42,977 bases of DNA from Octopus sinensis (GCF_006345805.1 NW_021835072.1:1-42977); one strand, 5' to 3'. Shown: positions 1 to 12,647, numbered from the stretch's first letter. Program-made: numbers and translations. Notes: generated by a model from the sequence alone, not told the origin.

Positions 1-429
1 CATATGAAATTTTCACCCATAATTATGACCCTAGTATCGATCTATTGCATTTTAATATGTTTTAGGGTTAGTTAGGGTTAGGGTGAGGGGAAGGGTGGGG
101 AAAGAGTATCTTTTTTCTTCACAAATGTAAATAAACCCAATCTGTTTTCTTAAACGAGGGGACATATTCACTACGGCACAGAATGTTTTCACCTCAATAG
201 ACGTCATTGATGGTTGAAATTGCAGAAATTGCAGAGAAGAAAAAACAAACAAAAAAATCTACAAACTATAGAATTTTTCAATAAAGCCAAGAGAAAAAGA
301 TGTTTTATAAAACACGTTCTACCAGTATACGAAGTTTAAAAGTATTAGTTACATGGGAATTATGTTAAAAAAACTGCCGTTCAAACCGAAAAAGAAAATC
401 CTAAATTAGTGTGAACAACTAAAATAGAG

Positions 430-527
430 AGTATATCAAATAAAATTTTTTTATCGCTATTTCATGCGGAATCCCTAGCGTGTCTGTGGAAACTAGGGTC
501 CCCAAGAATCGAGGTTGAGAAATGCTG
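430..527. mobile_element. Probable right end of a hAT (Charlie-like) non-autonomous DNA transposon
   Basis: Ends in GGTTGAGAAATGCTG (reverse complement CAGCATTTCTCAACC, a hAT-type TIR), followed by CATTAGTC. No matching left end or TSD found; the start coordinate is approximate. Confidence 0.4.
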
Positions 528-645
528 CATTAGTCGTTAGATGTCTCGGGGGTCTCTCCTTTCGTGTGTTTTCGCAAATAATTATTGCATTTATAGACGA
601 CGAGTGTAATACGATTTTCATGTTATTAAAGTTCGCACATTAACT

Positions 646-806
646 GGCACGACGATGGTTTCAGTTGATCCGATCAAAGGAATAGCTTGCTCGTGAAACT
701 AACGTACAAGTGGCTGAGTACTCCACAGACATGTGTACCCTTAACTTAGTCCTCAGGGAGATTCAGCGTGACACAGAGTGTGACAAGGCTGGCCCTTTGA
801 AATACG
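646..806 (-). mobile_element. SINE family C, 3' part
   Basis: Reverse complement aligns by eye to the 3' half of the copies at 6288-6685 and 18241-18607 (GTATTTCAAAGGGCCAGCCTTGTCAC...GGATCAAC). Confidence 0.85.
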
Positions 807-1158
807 TGTGTATATATGTGTGTGTATATATAATAGTCTAATAATACCATGTACGCCTATGAAGATTTACAAACATACTTTCCCAGTGATACTCGGTTTA
901 CCTACCATTATAAACAATACCAAATGTTCTTTCTCAAACCTTTCATAATGTGATACAAGTCTTTGGTGTAGCAATTGCCGATTATGCATTGATGTAAGAA
1001 TAAGTTGTTCTATAAAGCTCGAAACATATGTACCGCAACATCCTTTGTGTCTTGTTTTTCATTTATTTCATTTGATACATATATCCTCTCACCTATGCTA
1101 CTAGCTGGCATATACAGGTGCTTACATTTATCAAGTATTCACCCTGAATTTACTGTAT

Positions 1159-1259
1159 GTATATATATATGTAGGCTTGTGTGTGTATGTATGTGTATAT
1201 ATATATATATATATACACATATATATATATTATATACACATATATATATATATATATAT

Positions 1260-1305
<46 letters not shown>

Positions 1306-1918
1306 AATGTGTATAATATGTGTATATATGTGTGTATATATGTGGGTATATAGGGGGGTATATATGTGTGTATATAGTTGTATATATGTGTGTATATATG
1401 TGTGTATATATATGGAATATATATGTATATGTGTATATATCTGTGTGTATATATGTGTGTATATATGTGTATATATGTGTGTATATATATGTGTGTATAT
1501 ATGTGTACTGTATTAGTGATGTGTATATAATATGTGGTTATATATGTGTATATATGTGTGTATATAGCGTATAATGTGTGATACATGTAGGGTATATAGG
1601 TGTGTGTATATATATGTGTAATATATGTGTGTATATATGTATGTGTTATATATGTGTGCTATATATGGTGTATATATGTGTGTATATATGTGGTGTATAT
1701 ATGTGTGTATATGTGTTATTAGCGTATAGCTAGAGCAAACTTATGTGTGAATATATGTGAGTGTGGGTAGATATATTGCGTTGAATATGGTTGTGTAGTG
1801 TTTATTGGCGTGAGTTGTGAGCAACTTGCGTGTGTGGTGTGTGTGGTTATGGTGTGTGTGTAATGTGAGTATGTTTGGCAGTGTGTTGTGTGTGTGCGTG
1901 TGTGTGTGGTGTGTGTGT

Positions 1919-1951
<33 letters not shown>

Positions 1952-2094
1952 TGTGTGGTGTTGGGTGTGCGGCAGAGGGGTGTGTGTGTGTTGTGTTGTG
2001 TGTGGTGTTGTGCTGTGTTGTGTGTGTGTGTGATGTGTGCGTGTGTGTGTTGTGTGTTGTGTGTGTTGTGTGTGCGTGTGTGGTGTGTGAGTGA

Positions 2095-2133
<39 letters not shown>

Positions 2134-2260
2134 CGTTGTGTGTGCGTGTGTGTGTGTGTGCGTTGTGTGTGCGGTGCGTGCGTGTTGTGTGTGTGGGTGT
2201 GTGTGGTGTGGTGTGTGTGTGTGTGGTGTGGTGTGTGTGTGTGTGTGGTGTGTACCGGTG
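1159..2260. repeat. Compound (TA)n/(TATG)n/(TG)n microsatellite, degenerate and noisy
   Basis: Directly visible; the ORFs here are Y/I/C/V repeat translations. Confidence 0.95.
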
Positions 2261-2681
2261 TGTTAGTATATCACCAGATGCGTGTTATTAGCATATAGCT
2301 GTGAGCAACACTCTTCATTTCACGTTACTCTAGTCTACCGAGCGGCAGAGAAGCACTAACCGGATGCTGGTGCAGCTGTCACGTCCAAAGGTGACATTTT
2401 AGGTGTGCCGCTGGGTCAAACAGCGGGTGGGTCGATAGTTTGTCTATGTCTGCTCGTGAGCACACAGGCAATAAAAACAATTAGCGAAACCATTGATACG
2501 TATTCGCTGGTGGGTGACTTTATGTACGGCTCAGGGTCATGCCTCCTGGGACGTCAAGTTAGAATGTACCTACCCGGGCTAAAAATCTAATTAATAAATA
2601 CATAACGGCCTAGGTTTCAACTATAATAATTAAACATATGACGTAAATAATTTCCAGTTAATTATGATATTCTCTAATTAT

Positions 2682-2889
2682 TTTTACTTGTTTCAGTCAT
2701 TTGACTGCGGCCACGCTGGAGTACCGCCTTTAGTTGAGCAAATCGATCCCAGGACTTATTCTTTGAAAGCCTAGTGCTTATTCTATCGGTCGCTTTTGCC
2801 GAACCGCTAATTTACGGGGACGTAAACACACCAGCATTGGTTGTCAAGTGATGTAGGGATGGGGGAGGCAAACACAGACACACAAACAT

Positions 2890-2938
<49 letters not shown>

Positions 2939-3120
2939 CACACACACACGCATATATATATACGACAGGCTTCTTTCAGTTTCCGTCTACCAAATCCACT
3001 CACAAGCTTTGGTCGGCCCGAGGCTATATAGTAGAAGACACTTGCCCAAGGTGTCACGCAGTGGGACTGAACCCGGAACCATGTTGCTGGTAAGCAAGCT
3101 ACTTACCACACTGCCATTCC
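2682..3120 (-). mobile_element. SINE family A (tRNA-derived head, CORE-like segment, internal microsatellite, GAGTAAAA-type tail)
   Basis: The minus strand has the head GTGTGGTAAGTAGCTTGC...GGTTCAGTCCC (A/B boxes) and CCTTGGGCAAGTG; about ten similar copies occur in the window. Confidence 0.92.
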
Positions 3121-3944
3121 TTATCTGTATCTCCCCTCTTTCTTTTTCGACTTTCACTTCTTATTTTATTGTGACAGATTTTTCTATATACACTCCATAA
3201 ACGAGTATACATCCGTCTGGCCTATTCCTTTCTCTGTTCATAGCTACGTGTCGTTCAAAGTTATTTTCGCAAGAGAATGTGAACTGGTAGAAAACTGACT
3301 TCTCATAATAAAACAAGACGGGACTCAGGTTTATTTACAAAATCGTGCGATGCGTTTTAAGTTTATTTTATTGTATTGCATTTTAATTTTATATCGCAGC
3401 AACGTTCAACTGTTTCCCCTGTACTGCCTATACACATACATACATACGTACATACATACATACATACATACATACATACATACATACATACATACATACA
3501 TACATACATACATACATACATACATACATACATACATACATACATACATACATAGAACCATCCGTACATACATACATACATACATACATACATACGTACG
3601 TACGTACATACATACTACATACATACATACATACGTACATACATACATACGTACATACATACGAACGTAATACAATCATAGATAGGAACGTACGTATGTA
3701 CATACATGCATACATGCCTATATACATACACGCCTACATATATATACGAACGTGCGTACATACGTACATACACACATACGTATATACATACATACATTCA
3801 TACATACATACATCATACATACATACATACATACATACATACATACATGCATACATACATACATACATACATACATACATACATACATACATACATACAT
3901 ACATACATACATACATACATACATACATACGTACGTACATACAT

Positions 3945-4032
3945 GAAATTCCAATGAAGGAGCCTTGGATCTAGGTTAGAAACCGGCTCTTTCTCTACTG
4001 GCAAGAAATCTTGAAATAAAACTGAACAAAAA
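3945..4032 (+). mobile_element. Extreme 3' end (88 bp) of an RLE-type non-LTR retrotransposon
   Basis: About 90% identical by eye to 26866-26950, the 3' UTR end of the RLE fragment; ends in an A run and has (TACA)n on both sides. Confidence 0.8.
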
Positions 4033-4144
4033 CATACATACATACGAACGTACATACATTCATAGACAGGAACGTACATACGTACATACCTAATACATAC
4101 ATACATACATACATACATACATACATACATACATACATACATTA

Positions 4145-4700
4145 CATGGTGGCTGACCCCTCGTTATCGAGTATGGCCATTGTACGAAACTTAATCAATG
4201 TTGTTATCGTGCAATACCTGTGCAAGAAGATTTTTTTTAAAGTGAGGAAAGGCTGTGCACTGAGTGAATCCCACTCACTAAGCAACAGCAGCCATAATCC
4301 GAAAGGAAGAACAAGTCAACATCATCGGTAACCACTGAGCCGCAGGTTTATATAGGAGTTATCGCAGTTACCTGAGTTACCTTCTCCTAGAAGGATGCCC
4401 TTACAAAGTGTAGGAGTCCTTCACTCCCAATGGTTCAACCGGGCGATCGTGTATTCAGTCCGATTATTTCTATGTCCCCGCGCATGATACAGCCTTAAGA
4501 CATTTATTGGATGGCCGTTGACTCTCAAGAGTTCCTCCGCCCTTTGACGGGTTTTGTTTTTCATCCCGCAGGGTCTCCAATAAACACCCTCCTCACCAAG
4601 CAAGCTTGGTGGGGTTGCCGGTTTAGTCGCCGATGACCCGACCATTGCAACAGGTTGTACTGGGTTACATTTACCAGTAGCACTCGAAAGTTACCTTAAT
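4145..4700 (-). mobile_element. Probable 5' UTR of an RTE-clade LINE
   Basis: Minus strand GGCGACTAAACCGGC...CACCAAGCTTGCTTGGTGAGG...CCGTCAAAGGGCGGAGGAAC...TCTAGGAGAAGG...GTGCACAGCCTTTCCTCAC resembles RTE 5' UTRs as I recall them. It ends at GCCACCATG next to microsatellite. No protein evidence. Confidence 0.5.
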
Positions 4701-4963
4701 GACATACAACCATACATACATACATACATACATAACATACATACATAACATACATACATACAGTAGCGCATACTACATACATACATACTACATACATACG
4801 CGAACGTACGTACGTACATACATACATACATACATACATACATACATACATACATACGTACATACATACATACCATACATACATACATACATACATACGT
4901 ACGTACATACATACATACATACATACATACATACATACATACATACATACATACGTACATACA

Positions 4964-5289
4964 GGGGGCAGAAGCTTAGCATCGATCCAGACTGCCTTTG
5001 AATGCCGTATCATATTCCTACGTTACCGAATCATATGCCTTCGGCAACATCTTTTAACCAACAAATGTCGAAGTGCATCTCTTGACCAAATTTGCATACA
5101 AGAAGCTGACAGCATCATGTGACTGGGAAAGCATCTCCTTGCGCAGCATCCCTTGTCTCTCACAAGCTATTGATTGACCCAGAGATTCCGGTAAAAGGCA
5201 TTTCCCTAGGGTACAACACGACGGGACTGAATCCAGAGCTACACAGCCATTCTATGCACGCCTCACAGATTATTACGCCTGGTCTCTCA
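4964..5289 (+). pseudogene. Post-RT ORF fragment of an RLE-type (R4-like) retrotransposon
   Basis: Translates GGRSLASIQTAFECRII...LRQHLL (GGRGL motif), then in another frame ...LHSHSMHA (K-x-MHG-like); contains stops and a frameshift. Confidence 0.65.
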
Positions 5290-5513
5290 TACCTATTTCT
5301 TTACTACCCACAAGGGGCTAAACACAGAGAAGACAAACAAGGACAGACAAACGGATTAAGTCGATTACATCGACCCCAGTGCGTAACTGGTACTTAATTT
5401 ATTGACCCCGAAAAGATGAAAGGCAAAGTCGACCTCGGCGGAATTTGAACTCAGAACATAACGGCAGACGAAATGCCGCAAAGCATTTCGTCCGGCGTGC
5501 TAACGTTTCTGCC
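5290..5513 (-). mobile_element. SINE family B monomer
   Basis: Reverse complement GGCAGAAACGTTAGCACGCCGG...GAGTTCAAATTCCGCCGAGGTCGAC...GTAGTAAAGAAATAGGT matches the copies at 10006 and 10477. Confidence 0.92.
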
Positions 5514-5673
5514 TACCTATATAAGACAAGACTATTCCACAAGTATACTTTCATATTACGGGTATATATATATACCCCTTACGACACTGCAGCTTATAAT
5601 ACTTTTATAACTTAAGACTTCCTTTTCTAGAAATTATGCTGTACAATGTTTTGGATAAGACATTATACTTCAC

Positions 5674-6270
5674 AAGTAAGTTAAGTTAAGTTAAGTTAAT
5701 TTTTGGGCTCAAAAAGCAAAAAGCATGGCCATGTAGGGGGACATGGAGTTATGTACAGGGTGGTGTTCATGCAAAGAGTTCAGGTCATTTGTGGTCAAGG
5801 GAGACTTTGAACCGAGCGGTCGTCGGCATCTTCACTATCTCGTCCGGCAGCTTATTCCACCGATCTGCAACCCGGATGGAGAAAGCCCCTCTCCTTCGAT
5901 TGAGATGAAATCGTCGCAAATAGAACTTTTCGGAGTGACCCCGCAGCCGACGCTCTGGAGCAGGAGTGAAGAACAGCTCTTTCGAGAGGTTACACTTTCC
6001 GCTTATGATGTTGTGAGCAAGAATGAAATCACCACGGCGGCGGCGTTTTTCTAGAGAATAAAGGTCGAGCGTCTTCAGCCTTTCTTCATAAGACAAATGC
6101 TTGAGACCAAGAACCATGCGGGTAGGCCAGCTTCTGGACTCTTTAGAGATGCTGTAGTTAATTTCCTGACGATATTTTCGGACATTTCGTTTTGATGTTG
6201 GTTATATCTTCCATGTTTTTTTGCAGTGTTTACATCGATTTTCGGATTTAGGTGTTTTTTCTGCATCTCT
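5674..6270 (-). pseudogene. 5'-truncated CR1-clade LINE (RT C-terminus, 3' UTR, (AACTT)n tail)
   Basis: ORF 5785-6117 reads LSYEERLKTLDLYSLEKRRRRGD...RGH...FSIRVADRWNKLP...FKVSLD, the typical CR1 ORF2 end. RVQKLA/TRMV lies upstream across a frameshift; the tail is at 5674-5699. Confidence 0.93.
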
Positions 6271-6287
6271 ATTCTTCAGCATGTGGA

Positions 6288-6685
6288 GGCGCAATGTCCC
6301 AGTGGTTAGGGCAGCGGACTCGCGGTCGTAGGATCGCGGTTTCGATTCCCAGACCGGGCGTTGTGAGTGTTTATTGAGCGAAAACACCTAAAAGCTCCAC
6401 GAGGCTCCGGCAGGGGATGGTGGTGATCCCTGCTGTACTCTTTCACCACAACTTTCTCTCACTCTTACTTCCTGTTTCTGTTGTACCTGTATTTCAAATG
6501 GCCGGCCTTGTCACTCTCTGTGTCACGCTGAATATCCCCGAGAACTACGTTAAGTGTACACGTGTCTGTGGAGTGCTCAGCCACTTACACGTTAATTTCA
6601 CGTGCAAGCTGTTCCGTTGGTCGGATCAACCGGAACCCTCGTCGTCGGAACCGACGGAGTGCTTCCATTCTATTCCATTCCATTC
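6288..6685 (+). mobile_element. SINE family C, full length (tRNA-derived head, (TTCCA)n tail)
   Basis: CCCAGTGGTTAGGGCAGCGG...GGTTTCGATTCCC A/B boxes; paralogue at 18241-18607. Confidence 0.92.
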
Positions 6686-7149
6686 TTCACCACCTGCCGT
6701 ATGCATCAGGTATGTTGCTACTATTTCCTGTTTGGTATCAACGAAGCTACTCATCATTACATGTACAAAGTTCGTAAAGATGATTCATTTATCACGGTAC
6801 CGTATTTCTAGGCATCGGATCCCCTGATAAACGAGGATAGATTTTTCATTTTTTTTTTCATTTTTCCTCTAGTTTCAGCTGGGGCACCGCCATTCGGTGT
6901 TGCTACATGATTTTAGCCTCGTTTATCACTGATTCACACATCACGCTGAATTGCGAACCATGTTACACTTATCACGGACTGATTATTTTGATCTTAGTGT
7001 TCTATGTTCTCTTTGTGACTCAATTCTTCCTCCACAATTTTTGTTTGTCATGTTTGAAATTTGAATTAATTAACTGTTTTCAGGCAGATGACGAGGAAGC
7101 TGCAAGGATAAAAAAAAGACAACGCATTTTTCTGCCCCCCCCCCACAGA

Positions 7150-7440
7150 CAGACACACATACACAGCCACGCAGACACAGCCACGCACACACATGTATGT
7201 ATATATGTATACTGTATATATACATACATACACATGCACAGTTATATGTATACACACACACACGCATATATATGTAGGTGTATAATTTGTTTCTCTGTGT
7301 GTGTGTATATATATATAATGTACATAATATATATATATACATATATATTATATTATATATATATATATTATATATATGTATACATATATAATATATATAT
7401 GATGTACATTATATATATACTATATATATATACATACATA

Positions 7441-7529
<89 letters not shown>

Positions 7530-7530
7530 G

Positions 7531-7577
<47 letters not shown>

Positions 7578-7780
7578 GATATATATCTATATATAACTAT
7601 AGAATAATACCTTAATAATACAATATGCAATACATTGCAGACAAACATACAGACGTACGCAATACATATATACATACATATATATATACATATCATACTA
7701 TATGATACAAATACATGTATATATATAGTATGTATGTAAAAATATAAATTATATACATGAATATATACATTATATACGTT
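7150..7780. repeat. (CA)n/(TA)n microsatellite block
   Basis: Directly visible. Confidence 0.95.
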
Positions 7781-7989
7781 CTTATTCGAATTGTAGCAAA
7801 CAACAAGCTACCCGTTTGATCCATTTACACCGTTTAAATGTGACCCGGTTAGTCATACTGGAGGCATTGTTGAAGTGTTTTGAAAACAATCTGAAACAGT
7901 TTGGAATCATAATAGAGACAGGGGGAGACTAACCTCGAGAAACCGGTGGACATTTGTCATGTCTGCTTGTGGAAGTCATTTGTCAACGC

Positions 7990-9590
7990 ATATGTATGTG
8001 TGTGTGTATGCATGTATGTATGTATGTATGTATGTATGTAAGTATGTATGTATGTACGTATGTATATATGTATGTATATGTGTGTGTGTGTGTATGTAGT
8101 TATGTATGTATGTGTGTAGGTAGGCATGTATGTATGTATATATGCTATGTATGTATGTATGTATGTCTGTCTGTATGTATGTATGTATGTATGCATGTAT
8201 GTATGTACGTATGTATATATGTATGTATATGTGTGTGTGTATGTATGTAGTTATGTATGTATGTGTGTAGGTAGGCATGTATGTATATGCTATGTATGTA
8301 TGTATGTATGTATGTATGTATGTATGTATGCTATGTATGTCCATATGTATGTATGTATGCTATGTATGTATGTATATATGCTATGTATGTATGCTATGTA
8401 TGTCTGTATGTATGTATGTATGTATGTATGCATGTATGTATGCATGTATGTATGTATGTATGTATGTATGTATTATGGATGCAAGTATGTATTATATACG
8501 TATGTATGTACCTCCATACGTCTGTCAGTCTGTCTGTATGTATGAATGTATATATTATGTATGTATGTAGGTATAATGTGCGTATGCATGCTTGTATGTG
8601 TGTGTGTGTATGTACGTATGTATGTATGTATGTATGTATGTATGTATGTATTTATATGTATGTATGTATGTATGTATGCTATGTATGTATGTATGTATGT
8701 ACGTATGTATACTATGTATGTATGTATGTATGTATGTATGTATTATGGATGCAAGTATGTACTATGTACGTATGTATGCACCTACGTACGTCTGTCAGTC
8801 TGTATATATGTATGAATGTGTCTGTCTGTCTGTATCTATGAATGTATATATTATGTATGTACGTAGGCATATTTTTATTATGTGTGTATGCATGCTTGTA
8901 TGTGTGTGTGTGTATGTATGTATGAATGTATGCCTGTGTGTATGTATATAGACATATATGAATGTTCGTAGGTATATATGTATGTATGAATGTATGTTTG
9001 TATGTATGTATGTACGTATCTTTGTCTGTCTGTATGTATGTATGTGTTATGAATGTATGCAGGTATATTTGTATTATGTATGCATGTATGTATGTACGTA
9101 CGACGAATGTCTGTCTGCATGTATGTATTATTATGTATGAATGAATGAATGTTTGTGTGTATGTATGTATGTATATAGGTATATATATGAATGTACTTAT
9201 GTATATATGTATGTATGAATGCACGTACGTATGTACGTATGTATTATGAATATATGTATGTATGTACGTACGTATGTATGTATTATGAATGCATGTATGT
9301 ATAGGTGTGTGTGTATGTATGTTTGTACATTTGTATGTATGCATGTATGTATGAATGTATGTATGTATGAATGTATGTATGAATGTATGTATGTATGAAT
9401 GTATGTATGTATGTATGTATGTATAAATGTATGTATGTATGTAGTATGTATGTGTATCTATGTATGTTTGTACGCTTGTATGTATGTATGAATGTACGTA
9501 CATATGTATGTATGTACGTGTGTGTGTTTGTGTATGTATGTATGTATGTATGTATGTATGTATGTATGTATGTATGTATGTGTGTGTGTA
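7990..9590. repeat. (TATG)n compound microsatellite with internal duplications
   Basis: Directly visible; TATTATGGATGCAAGTATGT...CGTCTGTCAGTCTGT occurs twice (about 8471 and 8741). Confidence 0.95.
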
Positions 9591-9842
9591 GGGAGAGCGG
9601 GTCTAGTCGTTACATTCTTTCATTTTTTTGCCTTGGCACCCACATAAAGAAACACAGCTGAAGTTTCTTTTCAGATTTAATTAGTAAAACATCTCTATTT
9701 ATTGTTATCACCAACAAAAATCAGAAATTACTTAACATTAATTAGACAGGTTCTAATTAACGAGGTGGTGTCAGCTGTAACAATTTCCCCGAGTGCGGGG
9801 TACGTTGTGACACTTACTGGGGTACTTTCTTACAACTGTCGA

Positions 9843-10235
9843 TAAGTCGGTATTTTTGCCATTTCATCCTTTCGGGGTCGATGAAAAAAGTACCAGTTAC
9901 GCATTGGAGTCGATGTAATCGACTTAATCCGTTTGTCTGTCCTTGTTTGTTCCTTCTGTGTTTAGCCCCCTGTGGGTAGTAAAGAAATAGGTATTATGTT
10001 AACAAGGCGAGCTGGCAGAAACGTTAGCACGTCGGGCGAAATGCGTAGCCGTATTTCGTCTGTCGTTACGTTGTGAGTTCAAATTTCGCCGAGGTCGACT
10101 TTGCCTTTCATCCTTTCGGGGTCGATAAATTAAGTATCAGTTACGCACTAGGGTCATTGTAATCGACTTAATACCTATGTCTGTCCTTGTTTGTCTCCCC
10201 TCTATGTTTAGCCCCTTGTGGGTAGTAAAGAAATA
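9843..10235 (+). mobile_element. Two SINE B copies: 5'-truncated (9843-9989) and full length (10006-10235)
   Basis: The second copy is flanked by the 16-bp direct repeat GGTATTATGTTAACAA (9990-10005, 10236-10251). Confidence 0.9.
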
Positions 10236-10394
10236 GGTATTATGTTAACAAACAAGTTTAAAATGAATACGTCTCCTGCTTCTTGCATCTAGGAAGTTTT
10301 ATTTTAATTAATTAACTGTGCTTTGAACCACCTCATATCCCAACTGTGATACTGAGAGTCCTCATCAGCCAATTTCCCCATTGTTACATGTGCC

Positions 10395-11290
10395 ATCTAG
10401 TCGGAATCGTCCTCCATTAACTTCTCACCACACAGATCACACAGAAAAGCCCTCTCGTCCATCGGTACAGTCAGTGAGCTTGGCAGAAACGTTAGCACGC
10501 CGGGCGAAACGCGTAGCTGTATTTCGTCTGCCGTTACGTTCTGAGTTCAAATTCCGCCGAGGTCGACTTTGCCTTTCATCCTTTCGGGGTCGATTAAATA
10601 AGTACCAGATACGCACTGGGGTAGATATAATCGACTTAATCCGTGTGTCTGTCTTGTTTGTCCCCTCTGGTTAGCCCCTTGTGGGTAGTAAAGAAATAGG
10701 ATTTCGTCTGCCGCTACGTTAGTTCAAATTCCGCCGAGGAGACTTTGCCTTCATCTTTCGGGGTCGATAAATAAGTACCAGTTACTACTGGGGTCGATAT
10801 AATCGACTTAATCCGTGTGTCTGTCCTTGTTTGTCTCCTCTATGGTTAGCCCCTTGTGGGTAGTAAAGAAATAGGTACAGTCAGTGTGTGCCCAGTCTTT
10901 ACAGATCATCCATTGCACCCATTCTTCACCTGGAAGGGAGTTGGAATACCAATCTGAGCTGACAAGGCATTTCCAATTGGCGACTTACTTGCTGCGAGGC
11001 TGTTTCCCTTTGCCTTTATCTATTTTAGTTGACTTTCCCTTCCTCTCTTTTGCCTTTTCTGTACCAGTTGCCTTCTTCGGTTTGGATTTCCGTTCGTTTA
11101 TTTCATCCACTATGCGCTGTTTTACGACAACTTTTCTGACGGTACTTTCCATGACATCAGGAGGGGTATCCCCACCTTGTAGTCTTCCTTTTATAATTTT
11201 TAGGCATGGCGTATTAAACTGAAATAGAAGGGGTAAGTTGTTATATGCCTGAGGTAGGTTGATACACTGTAACAATTTAGCTCCGACCAT
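10395..11290 (-). pseudogene. Transposase C-terminus: Lys-rich stretch and PHD finger, split by a SINE
   Basis: After removing the SINE and one TSD it reads WKCLVSSDWYSNSLPGEEWVQWMICKDWAHTDCTDG / RAFLCDLCG, a decayed C4HC3 pattern as in pogo-family transposases. Confidence 0.75.
10477..10873 (+). mobile_element. SINE B with tandemly duplicated body
   Basis: 13-bp TSD GGTACAGTCAGTG (10464-10476, 10874-10886); head plus body, then a second body starting ATTTCGTCTGCC. Confidence 0.92.
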
Positions 11291-11495
11291 GGATTTCTAG
11301 GGATTACCTCGTACACAGCACTAGCATTGCATGGCATTCAGGAAACACCTTCATGTATCGAAGGTAACTTTCAACACTTTCTAATGAGCCACAAACTACT
11401 TCATTAACACCTTTTGTGCTTTCGTAGTTAAGAAAATAACTTTGTGGCATAATTTCACTTTTTGAGTAAAACATCGTTTTTTGAGCCATACCATA

Positions 11496-11902
11496 CGCAG
11501 GAGTGGCTGTGTGGTGAGTAGCTTGCTAACCAACCACATGATTGCGGTTTCAGTTCCACTGCGTGGCATCTTGGGCAAGTGTCTTCTGCAATAGCCCCGG
11601 GCCGACCAATGCCTTGTGAGTGGATTTGGTAGACGGAAACTGAAAGAAGCCTGTCGTATATATGCATATATATATATGTGTGTGTGTGTTTGTGCGTCTG
11701 TGTTTGTCCCCCTAGCTTTGCTTGACAACCGATGCTGGTGTGTTTACGTCCCCGTCACTTAGCGGTTCGGCAAAAGAGACCGATAGAATAAGTACTGGGC
11801 TTACAAAGAATAAGTCCCCGGGGTCGATTTGCTCGACTAAAGGCGGTGCTCCAGCATGGCCGCAGTCAAATGACTGAAACAAGTAAAAGAGAGTAAAAGA
11901 GT
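11496..11902 (+). mobile_element. SINE family A, full length
   Basis: CGCAGGAGTGGCTGTGTGGT...GGTTTCAGTTCC head through the GAAACAAGTAAAAGAG tail. Confidence 0.93.
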
Positions 11903-12102
11903 ATACCTTTCCTGGTGACAGCCCCCCCCCCCAGTGCAATACACATGTGCAGTCATGATGCTGTGGAGGTGGCCTTCATCATGTAGGGACCCGAGTGCCA
12001 CCTATTTCTTGAAGTTGGAAACAATGGGCTTGTAACAACTTACCCGTGTAACAACTAGACCCGGTCTCCCCTATGTATGTATGTAGGTTTGTATGTATGT
12101 AT

Positions 12103-12647
12103 GCGTGGATGGGTGGATATGTAGGTTTGAGGTGCATGGATGGGTGGATATGTAGGTTTGTATGCATGGATGGGTGGATATGTAGGTTTGTATGCATGGA
12201 TGGGTGGATATGTAGGTTTGTATGCATGGATGGGTGGATATGTAGGTGGAGGTGCATGGATGGGTGGATATGTAGGTTTGTATGCATGGATGGGTGGATA
12301 TGTAGGTGGAGGTGCATGGATGGGTGGATATGTAGGTGGAGGTGCATGGATGGGTGGATATGTAGGTTGAGTGCCATGGATGGGTGGATATGTTAGGTTT
12401 GTATGCATGGATGGTGATATGTTAGGTGGAGGTGCATGGATGGGTGGATATGTAGGTGGAGGTGCATGGATGGGTGGATATGTAGGTTTGTATGCATGGA
12501 TGGGTGGATATGTAGGTTTGTATGCATGGATGGGTGGATATGTAGGTTTGTATGCATGGATGGGTGGATATGTAGGTTTGTATGCATGGATGGGTGGATA
12601 TGTAGGTTTGTATGCATGGATGGGTGGATATGTAGGTGGAGGTGCAT
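12103..12647. repeat. 30-bp minisatellite, about 18 units, two interspersed variants
   Basis: GCATGGATGGGTGGATATGTAGGT followed by TTGTAT or GGAGGT. Confidence 0.97.

Larger units (their letters stand above)
3431..4962. repeat. (TACA)n arrays (3431-3944, 4033-4144, 4703-4962) interrupted by two retroelement fragments
   Basis: Directly visible. Confidence 0.95.
9591..12071 (-). mobile_element. Internally deleted pogo-like (Tc1/mariner superfamily) DNA transposon with nested SINEs
   Basis: Imperfect 24-25 bp TIRs GGGAGAGCGGGTCTAGTCGTTACA (9591-9614) and TGTAACAACTAGACCCGGTCTCCCC (12047-12071), TA on both sides, subterminal GGGTA(A/C)GTTGT(G/T)ACA motifs, and a PHD-finger remnant on the minus strand. 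Confidence 0.85.

Noticed and set aside
6288-6350. tRNA genes at the SINE heads
   Set aside because: The A/B boxes run into SINE bodies without a complete cloverleaf or acceptor stem.
6690-7135. Possible small host exons (CAG|GTATGT, TTTCTAG|GC, TTTTCAG|GCAGATGACGAG)
   Set aside because: Acceptor-like sites lack matching GT donors and the peptides are unrecognisable; RNA-seq would be needed.
12103-12647. CRISPR-like interpretation of the constant-plus-variable 30-mer
   Set aside because: The variable part is 6 nt with only two states, there are no unique spacers or cas genes, and the context is eukaryotic.
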